Shown: piece after piece, positions 1 to 6,182 of the stretch
How the letters are laid out: the number at the start of each line of letters is the position of its first letter
Position numbering within the stretch: position 1 is the first letter of the stretch
Assembly (NCBI GenBank): GCA_017433295.1
Contig: JAFRHL010000015.1
Coordinates: forward strand, 1 to 32,000
Length of the DNA: 32,000 bases
Direction of reading: 5' to 3'
Origin: Eubacterium sp.
GTDB lineage: Bacteria; Bacillota; Clostridia; Lachnospirales; Lachnospiraceae
Made by a program: the position numbers and the translations under genes
Notes under the pieces: generated by a model
Database searches by the model: none
What the model saw: the letters and a program-made list of their open reading frames with translations, nothing else
What the model was told of the DNA's origin: nothing

Positions 1-301
1 CTTCCGGCTTTATCAGTTTTCCCATTGGAATCAAAGGAATAACGACCTTTTCGAACTCCTCATCGATCCATCCTGTCTGTGTGGGCCCAGGGGCAACGCT
101 GTTCACGGTGATTCCATACTTCGCCACCTCGAGAGCAATGCCGCGGGTAAGCGCTTCGAGCGTCGCCTTGCTCGCTCCGTATGTGATCTGGCCCGCGAAG
201 ATCTGTGCAGCGTCCGTGGAAAGGTTGATGACCCTCCCGAAATCCCCTCGATGGCTAACCAGTTCTCTGATCATCAAAACACTTCCCCGTACATTGTGCA
301 T
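1..301 (-). pseudogene. Short-chain dehydrogenase/reductase (SDR), 3' portion only; the N-terminal ~110 aa are missing and the C-terminus runs off the left edge
   Basis: Minus-strand translation reads ..QRKMHNVRGSVLMIRELVSHRGDFGRVINLSTDAAQIFAGQITYGASKATLEALTRGIALEVAKYGITVNSVAPGPTQTGWIDEE.. This has the SDR catalytic YxxxK (YGASK) and a PG motif. No Rossmann TGxxxGIG segment lies upstream; SDR-like sequence stops at about 310-316. Confidence 0.7.
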
Positions 302-389
302 TTTGCGCTGACAAGCGGACACTGGTGCGTTTGTCAGCGGACACTCGGCGCTATGAACGGACAAACATGAACTGCTTGGCTTGCGATGG

Positions 390-461
390 TACCAGAACCG
401 TCTAAGATGTCAAGAACAAGCGGTGTGCGGGGCATTCTTGACATCTCAGACGGTTCTGGTA
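390..461. repeat. 27-bp near-perfect inverted repeat (26/27) with an 18-nt loop
   Basis: TACCAGAACCGTCTAAGATGTCAAGAA (390-416) pairs with TTCTTGACATCTCAGACGGTTCTGGTA (435-461). The single mismatch is at 404/447. Confidence 0.9.
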
Positions 462-495
462 AGGGACAGCCAAGAGCAGTTAAGGTGGCGTCCGC

Positions 496-500
496 TGGCT
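496..500. repeat. Target-site duplication TGGCT (left copy) of the IS21-family element
   Basis: TGGCT immediately precedes the TGTAAATGG terminus at 501. The same pentamer follows the other terminus at 3756-3760. Confidence 0.6.
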
Positions 501-506
501 TGTAAA

Positions 507-593
507 TGGCAAGTGCTTTTCCTTAAAAAATGGCATTTATTTTTCCCGAAATGCGGCAAACTATTTTCCCTTGTTTGCGGCATTTTATTTTCC
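507..593. repeat. Four direct subterminal repeats (consensus about GGCAnnnnATTTTCC) at ~24-nt spacing; putative IstA binding sites
   Basis: Copies start at 507, 531, 554 and 578: TGGCAAGTGCTTTTCC, TGGCATTTATTTTTCCC, CGGCAAACTATTTTCCC, CGGCATTTTATTTTCC. Confidence 0.7.
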
Positions 594-654
594 TTGTTTT
601 TTGGTTAATAATGGTGTTGATGGGAAGAATAGGTGTGAGTATCATCTTAGAAAT

Positions 655-703
655 CCGCTGTCAAGGCATCACTTCGTTTCGTTGGGACGAGCCTTGACAG
701 CGG
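655..703. repeat. Perfect 13-bp inverted repeat with a 23-nt loop inside the IS, downstream of the third ORF
   Basis: CCGCTGTCAAGGC (655-667) pairs with GCCTTGACAGCGG (691-703). Confidence 0.85.
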
Positions 704-813
704 GTTCCCAAGATGATGGCAGGCAATCAAGGGCTTGAAAGCCCTTCTCTACCATGCGTCAGTTTTAATTATGAGTCGGCATCCACTCCGGGTTATACCA
801 GTGGAATGCCGGT

Positions 814-1299
814 TTACCATTCAAAAGGTGTTTCGTTGTCCTTATGTTCCTCCATATATTCTGTTGCTTCTAAACGAAGGCCTTCCTCATTTATAAAACC
901 CCATAAGTGGAACAGCTCCCTCTGGAGTTTCCTGGTATTGTCAATTATGATCTCCGGGGTCTTCTCCCTGGCTTCCCGCAGGGCTTTCTCTTCAGCGGGC
1001 TCTTCATCGTAACCCAAAAGCTCTTTCAGGTATGCTTCCCGCTCTTTTGGTGTCTTACCCTGCAGTGCACGGTCAATTTCCCGGTCCATGCGGTACACCT
1101 CAAGGAATTCTATAGGATATGCGCTTTCTCCATAATATCTGGATTCCCTGCAATCATACACACTGTTACCTTCTTTCACCCATTTGCGTACCAGTCGGCG
1201 CTCATAGGCTGTCATAGGCTTTGTAGCGATATAATCCTGGTACTCATCCCACAGGTATTCCTGGCGGCTGTCATATAAATATTCATATTTGTATTTCAT
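814..1299 (-). CDS. Hypothetical acidic protein (161 aa from ATG 1299; 165 aa from GTG 1311), the third ORF of the IS21-family element
   Basis: The ORF is open immediately after istB. GTG at 1311 overlaps the istB TGA (GTGA), and ATG at 1299 is preceded by GAGGA 5 nt upstream. I recognise no family motif. Confidence 0.6.
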   Translation of the reverse strand: MKYKYEYLYDSRQEYLWDEYQDYIATKPMTAYERRLVRKWVKEGNSVYDCRESRYYGESAYPIEFLEVYRMDREIDRALQGKTPKEREAYLKELLGYDEEPAEEKALREAREKTPEIIIDNTRKLQRELFHLWGFINEEGLRLEATEYMEEHKDNETPFEW

Positions 1300-1307
1300 T
1301 GGGGTCC

Positions 1308-2072
1308 TCACTTTCTATCTGTTCCATCATTTAAAAAAGATTTTCTGTTTTCAAGCCTGTAGCTCTTTCCGTTCATCTGGATCTTATCACACTGGTAGGA
1401 AAGACGGTCCAGTATGGCGGTTGCCAGTGCAGCATCACCAAGGAACTCCGTCCATTCCTCAAACCCTTTGTTTGTCGTAATGATGATGGAGGTCTTTTCC
1501 TGGAGCTCGGAAATGAGCTGGAAGAAAAGGTTGCCTTCCGTTGCACTGATCGGAAGATAGCCTACTTCATCGATCACGAGCAGGTTTGAGCTGTAGATCC
1601 TCCTGACCTTGGCTTTTGCCCTCCGGTCGATCTCCTCCGTACGGAGTACTTTTATCAGGGACTTCATGGTCGTATAGCTCACCTTATATCCATCCTCACA
1701 TGCCTGGTACCCCAGGCCGATCGCCAGATGGGTCTTACCCACACCGGGCGGCCCGGACAGGATCAGGTTATACAGGCCGTCGATCCAGGTCAGCCCGCTC
1801 AGCTGCCGGAACTGTTTAATTGTAAGAGCCTGGCAGAAATCCAGGTCAAAATCTTTCAGATATTTAGGGTATGGGAACCCCGCCTCCTTTATACGTTTAT
1901 TTTTTGCTTTTTCCTGCTTATACAGGATTTCCCCGTCTGTTAAAGCCACGAGGAAGTCCAGGTAAGAAGAGCCTTCTTTTTCTGCGTCATGCAGGATCGT
2001 TTCCAGTGTCTCCCTTGTGTGGGTGAGACCCAGGGTACGGCACGCAGCCTTTAACGTCTGTATCTTATTCAT
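1308..2072 (-). CDS. istB: IS21-family helper ATPase IstB (254 aa)
   Basis: Walker A GPPGVGKTH and Walker B LLVIDEVGY. The ATG at 2072 overlaps the end of istA (ATGAATAA) and GGAGG lies 7 nt upstream. Confidence 0.93.
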   Translation of the reverse strand: MNKIQTLKAACRTLGLTHTRETLETILHDAEKEGSSYLDFLVALTDGEILYKQEKAKNKRIKEAGFPYPKYLKDFDLDFCQALTIKQFRQLSGLTWIDGLYNLILSGPPGVGKTHLAIGLGYQACEDGYKVSYTTMKSLIKVLRTEEIDRRAKAKVRRIYSSNLLVIDEVGYLPISATEGNLFFQLISELQEKTSIIITTNKGFEEWTEFLGDAALATAILDRLSYQCDKIQMNGKSYRLENRKSFLNDGTDRK

Positions 2073-3649
2073 TGACAGTCCTCCTTCCCATCGCTTCCTC
2101 ATAGGCACTCAGGTCCCTGACCGGGGGAGAACCGCCCCTGTATTTCTCCGGCAGATGTACCACTTTATTGGCAGCACCGGACTTATCTTGTTTTTCAATT
2201 TCAAGCAGGGAAAGATAGGCCGTTGCGCTTGAAAGTTCCCCTGCGGAATACAGCTCCTGTTCTGTACAGTAGGACAATGCCTTGCGGATCAGGGAAGGAT
2301 CCCATTCATCAAAGAGGTTCCTGATCACCCCGAGCTGGTCGCGATAATAACGTTGTTTTTTAACGTGGAGTTTTGTCAGGTATGGCTCCGTCTTTCCGTC
2401 ACATTCCCCTAAAAGTGATATCACCTCTGCTTCCAGTTCAAGGATCGTCCTGCTCTTGTCCCTGCAGGACCGGGTTTTATCGCCTACCAGCTCACCTTTG
2501 CCCCGGCACAATGGATGTTTTGCGTAAAGGACGCCGGTCTGGGCATCTATGATCGAGACCATCTCACCTTCCACGACCATATAGACCCGTTTTCCTTTCT
2601 TATAGGTGCCCTTCGGTACCCGGTAACGGTTACTTTTGTAAAGAACGACATTGTCTTTTCTGACCTGATAGGTTATACTGTCATCAGACGGCTTTGCAAA
2701 GCTGTACTCGGATACCGGTATGAGGTACTCTTTTTCGATGGCGAATACCTCTGCCGGTATCTTTTTTGTTGTTCCGTGTTCTTCAGCGTTTCCTGTCCTT
2801 TCCAACCAGGCGATGCAGCCACGGTTAAAGTCTTCGATATCATCCAGGAACCGGTGCTCGGCATATCCATGCTTTGCATATTTGATCACTGTTTCGATAC
2901 GGCCTTTGGATTCCGGATCGGCCCCATGGCAGAGGAAGACATCAAATCCTGTGGCATCCAGATAATTCTGGAAACCCTCCGTATATATGATATCACCATG
3001 GTTTTCACTGACAGCAAGGACCTTGTCCTGGTCATAGACGATCTGTTTTGGCCTGCCTCCGAAGTAAGCAAAGGCTTTGATATGGGCCTGTACAAAATCT
3101 GCTGTTGTCCAGGGCCTGGTCTGCCACAGGATGTACTTATACCTCGAATGTGATAATACCATGCCAAATCCGTAAGCTTTCTTACGTTTACCGGATGGAG
3201 TTTCCAGCAGGATCTCTCCCATATCCACCTGCGCCTGTTCCCCCATGGGCAGGTCTTCGACCGCTTCATATTGACGCGTTGTTTCCGGCTTTGGGATGTC
3301 ATACTCATCACGTAATGCTTTTACATAGTTCCTGAAGCTGCGTTGCCGGAAGGGGAGTATTATCATCCCGGTACGTTCCTTGACCCAATCATAAATCTGG
3401 GCGGAGGACATATCCGGATATTTTCTCAAACAGTGAAGGATAAACTCCTTATAAATCGTCTGCTTTTTTCCTGCGACGCTGTGCACGGTTTGTTGTGGCA
3501 GCAAACACATCGGGGGGCATATCCCAATACTTGGATACAGTCTTTGGATCGATGTGGAGATGCCTGGCCACCTGGGCTTTTTTCAAGTGGTTTCTTTTTA
3601 GTTCTTGAATTTTCTCATAGGTCATCCAATTAATCACCTCTTTTTTCAC
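2065..3649 (-). pseudogene. istA: IS21-family transposase IstA, split into an HTH ORF (3449-3649) and a DDE ORF (2065-3510) by a frame change in an A6 tract
   Basis: The N-terminal ORF MKKEVINWMTYEKIQELKRNHLKKAQVARHLHIDPKTVSKYW.. ends at a TAA 14 nt after the run (T6 at 3464-3469 on +). The downstream frame holds the rve-type core (..VYDQDK.., ..PESKGRIE..). Removing one A would fuse them as ..RRRKKQTIYKEF.. Confidence 0.85.
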
Positions 3650-3684
3650 CTCCGGGTAGAAGTATACCCGAAAGTAGGACCTAT

Positions 3685-3748
3685 GGAAAATAAAATGCCG
3701 GAATTATGGGATTCTTAATTGCCAGAATCTCTGGAATTTAGTATACCA
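3685..3748. repeat. Three inverted copies of the subterminal repeat at the istA-proximal IS end, ~24-nt spacing
   Basis: GGAAAATAAAATGCCG (3685-3700), GGGATTCTTAATTGCCA (3708-3724) and GGAATTTAGTATACCA (3733-3748) are reverse complements of the left-end motif. Confidence 0.65.
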
Positions 3749-3755
3749 TTCACAT

Positions 3756-3760
3756 GGCTT
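3756..3760. repeat. Target-site duplication TGGCT (right copy)
   Basis: It follows the CCATTCACA terminus that ends at 3755. Confidence 0.6.
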
Positions 3761-3794
3761 AGCTCCGCGTCCGTTTAAGCCCGCAAAAGTGTCC
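3761..3794. mobile_element. Right part of the TIR-bounded non-coding element interrupted by the IS
   Basis: See 317-500. The inverted TIR is at 3767-3794. Confidence 0.35.
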
Positions 3795-3962
3795 ATTAGA
3801 GGACGCAATATGCAACAAACTTCGGACTCATGATAGAAGCAATCAAGAGGATGACGGCGCAGAGCGCTTCGCCATCCTCCACCATCAAAGAAGAGACCAG
3901 CCTGAGCCAGTCTCTTTGCAAGCCGGGATGCAACCTCCCGGAAGGTGTTCTCTTTCAACCCA

Positions 3963-4163
3963 CTATGGCCTCAGGCCGAAACGAGAAGGGTTGCATCTCG
4001 TTTTACAATTGAGGACCGGAAGCAGGTCTCTCATCCCCATAAAATCAAGACAGTCCCTCAACCTTTCATTCCTGTTCAAACTGATCAATATCCCTGGGAG
4101 GTCATATTTCAAGCGTTCTGAAAGTTCCTCTTCCAAATCCATAAGCATTTCATATTCCAGCAA
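3963..4163 (-). CDS. Small ORF (66 aa, TTG start) coupled to the methyltransferase gene; it reads across the island boundary repeat
   Basis: GGAGGTGA inside the last MTase codons lies 9 nt upstream of TTG 4163, 1 nt after the MTase TGA. I recognise no family. The C-terminal ~28 aa are encoded outside the direct repeat. Confidence 0.3.
   Translation of the reverse strand: MLEYEMLMDLEEELSERLKYDLPGILISLNRNERLRDCLDFMGMRDLLPVLNCKTRCNPSRFGLRP
4036..4049 (+). repeat. Direct repeat CCCATAAAATCAAG, left boundary (attL-like) of the island
   Basis: The identical 14-mer occurs at 12121-12134. The flanks on both sides are unrelated, and base composition shifts here. Confidence 0.6.
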
Positions 4164-4164
4164 A

Positions 4165-5994
4165 TCAGTTCACCTCCTCAGTCATACCATTATTAGCTTG
4201 AGAATCATCAGTATTACTATTTCTTTCCTCAATGGAAGCTTCCACGATTTCTTCAAATATACTCCCTAGTACCCTCCTGACTCTTTTCATTCGATTCTCA
4301 AGCATCGCCAGTTCATGTATCTTTGCCTCAAATTCATCGGCGACTTTCTTCTGAAGGTCCATCGGCGGAACAGGGATTTCCAACTTACGAAGCGCATCCA
4401 CAGAAATACTCTTTAATACGGTTCCATTACTGATGCTCTCCAAAGCTCTCTGCCCGCTTTCACTCTGGAAATATGCCTGCAAATAATGTGGCAATACTTT
4501 CTCTTTATTCAATCGTAATACATACAGATTGCCGTTAGCGACAATCCTCTTCTTCCCTACCTTTACAACTGCAACCTTGAACGGAGCATTGTTCTTTGAC
4601 AAAATCAGGTCATCGTTCCGAAGGCAATATTTCCGGTTCTTCTCACTGATTTCACTAAGATATGGGAGATCAGCGTCAACTCTGCCATCCTGAATATTCT
4701 GGAGCATCAGATACTGACAATCTGTCTCTTCTTGAGAAGTCAGCTCATCCAGAGCTTTCGCACTTAGTGGTGCGCCTCTGAGAACTGTTTCTGTCACACT
4801 GCTTAGCGCCACAGAATTCAGCTTTTCCACCAGTTTATCAGCAATCTTTAGATAGCTTGTGACCATCAGGTCTGAGTCGTTCTTCAGTACAGTGTTGCAG
4901 TCTGCAGCTACGCTGTAATCTCCGTCTGTATCCAGCATTCTAACTATTGCTTCTACATCGCTGTCAGAAAATACACGGATTCTTCTCTCTTGCTGGAAGA
5001 TATGGGATGCATTAACAAAACGAATGCTCTTATTTCCTTTGGAAAGTACCATCAGATTTGTACCAATCCCAGTATAATTGAATAGTCTCTCCGGAAGCTT
5101 TACGATTGATTCAATCCATCCCTGCTCCACGAAATATGCTCTGATATCCTTATCAATATTATTGAATAACCCACCGTCTGGCATAATCACAACAGCTTTA
5201 CCTTCATCTGTCAGTAGTTCTATAGCAAGATGGTTATAAAGCCAATCCGCAGAACGAACTCTTCTCACTTTCGGAGCCTGCTCTGTCACATATTCAAGAT
5301 ATCCAGCTCCGGATCCGCTACGAGCCATCATACCGAAAGGATAGTTACTAAACACTTTACTGAACTTCCCACTATAATCCTTCTCCTGATTAAGCACAAA
5401 AGCATCAAAGCTCTCAATGCTGAAGTCTATATGCGGGTTATCCTCTTTCAAGATCTCAGCTCGTATACTTGCAATCTCACTGGCTGTGATGGATAACTCA
5501 CATCCATAGTAAGAAGCTCTCTGTGTAGCCAATGCAGTAGATGTGAGGAAATTACCACTGCCGCACCCTATGTCTGCGACAGAATCATTATCATCTATAT
5601 TCAACACCCTCTGTGCCAATCTAATCAGGGAATTAGGTGTGCTGTGCATATCCTCAGTGTTGTCAAAAATCACATTTTTAAAAGCATCTGCAGAGTATTT
5701 GTCCAGGAGAGGGATCAATGCATTCCAGGCCTCCTCTCTAACCAACAAACGGATGGCACTCACAGTTCTTTTAGAACTAATTAGCTTGTGATTTTTTATA
5801 TCTTCATAAGAGATAGAGGCATTGGAGACGTCACCTTTGTAAGTCTTAGAAGCTCTATAAAGCATATACGCTGCCATCGTAATGGACTGACCAACTGTGT
5901 CAGAAGACATCTGCTGATTGGTTCTCAGAATATAGGCAATTTCATAATTAATCTCTTTAATCTGGTCTTTACTATACAAAACTATATCCTCCAT
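4165..5994 (-). CDS. N6-adenine DNA methyltransferase (HsdM-like, gamma class) fused to a single type I S-subunit-like target-recognition domain (609 aa)
   Basis: Motif I is VADIGCGSGNFL. Motif IV is SNYPFG (NYPF at 5335-5346). The C-terminal ~200 aa resemble a half HsdS (..LRNDDLILSKNNAPFKVAVV..NGNLYVLRL..LPHYLQAYFQSESGQRALESISNGTVLKSISVDALRKLEIPVPP.. followed by a coiled helix). Confidence 0.85.
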   Translation of the reverse strand: MEDIVLYSKDQIKEINYEIAYILRTNQQMSSDTVGQSITMAAYMLYRASKTYKGDVSNASISYEDIKNHKLISSKRTVSAIRLLVREEAWNALIPLLDKYSADAFKNVIFDNTEDMHSTPNSLIRLAQRVLNIDDNDSVADIGCGSGNFLTSTALATQRASYYGCELSITASEIASIRAEILKEDNPHIDFSIESFDAFVLNQEKDYSGKFSKVFSNYPFGMMARSGSGAGYLEYVTEQAPKVRRVRSADWLYNHLAIELLTDEGKAVVIMPDGGLFNNIDKDIRAYFVEQGWIESIVKLPERLFNYTGIGTNLMVLSKGNKSIRFVNASHIFQQERRIRVFSDSDVEAIVRMLDTDGDYSVAADCNTVLKNDSDLMVTSYLKIADKLVEKLNSVALSSVTETVLRGAPLSAKALDELTSQEETDCQYLMLQNIQDGRVDADLPYLSEISEKNRKYCLRNDDLILSKNNAPFKVAVVKVGKKRIVANGNLYVLRLNKEKVLPHYLQAYFQSESGQRALESISNGTVLKSISVDALRKLEIPVPPMDLQKKVADEFEAKIHELAMLENRMKRVRRVLGSIFEEIVEASIEERNSNTDDSQANNGMTEEVN

Positions 5995-6014
5995 AAATGC
6001 GTTTTATTATAATT

Positions 6015-6028
6015 GGTTATCAATAACC
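6015..6028. promoter_or_regulatory. Perfect 14-nt palindrome GGTTATCAATAACC next to a TATAAT box upstream of the methyltransferase gene
   Basis: 6+2+6 dyad. The minus-strand TATAAT at 6006-6011 lies only ~12 nt from the ATG at 5994. Confidence 0.35.
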
Positions 6029-6182
6029 ACGTGTACTATGAGAATAATACCAGGCTTGCACGCACTTTTCAATGGTTTTTTATAACCATTTTCATAATAA
6101 ATCTAAAAAAGCGATGAAAATGCAGAATCATTCTACATTTACACCGCTCATGCTTATGAATAATCTTTTTCTGTGACTGAGA

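Larger units (their letters stand above)
317..500. mobile_element. Left part of a ~218-bp TIR-bounded non-coding (MITE-like) element that was split by the IS21 insertion
   Basis: GGACACTGGTGCG-N9-GGACAC at 317-344 is mirrored, inverted and with identical spacing, by GGACACTTTTGCG-N9-GGACGC at 3767-3794. There is no ORF, and a long internal hairpin lies at 390-461. Confidence 0.35.
501..3755 (-). mobile_element. IS21-family insertion sequence (3255 bp) carrying istA (frame-broken), istB and a third ORF
   Basis: The termini are TGTAAATGGCAAGTGCTTTTCC (501-522) and, inverted, TGTGAATGGTATACTAAATTCC (3755-3734): 13/22 identical, with TG..CA ends. Subterminal repeats lie at both ends and the 5-bp flanking duplication is TGGCT. 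Inside are an IstA-like DDE transposase and an IstB-like AAA+ ATPase with overlapping stop/start. Confidence 0.8.

Noticed and set aside
3449-3480. Classical -1 programmed frameshift (A-AAA-AAG type) in istA
   Set aside because: The downstream ORF is in the +1 frame (equivalently -2), not -1, relative to the HTH ORF. IS21-family transposases are not known to use -1 frameshifting. Mutation or sequencing error is the simpler explanation.
317-3794. An alternative IS boundary at the GGACAC-type inverted repeats (317-344 and 3767-3794), giving a 3.48-kb element
   Set aside because: These ends are GG..CC rather than TG..CA and have no flanking duplication. They also lie ~190 and ~40 bp outside the phased repeat arrays. 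The 501/3755 ends have TG..CA, symmetric placement of the first repeat 6-7 nt from each tip, and a TGGCT duplication. The outer repeats are better explained as a separate element that was interrupted.
3704-3958. 84-aa minus-strand ORF
   Set aside because: It runs across the IS terminus (3755) and the interrupted element, so it is a junction artefact. It has no RBS and no motif.
3795-4010. This GC-rich stretch as the missing 5' half of the SDR gene (for example AIVG.., ..RLAKRLAQAGLFFDGGGW..)
   Set aside because: The resemblance to an SDR N-terminus is weak. There is no TGxxxGIG and no NNAG, three frames are needed, and the candidate segments overlap the same nucleotides. No gene is called here.
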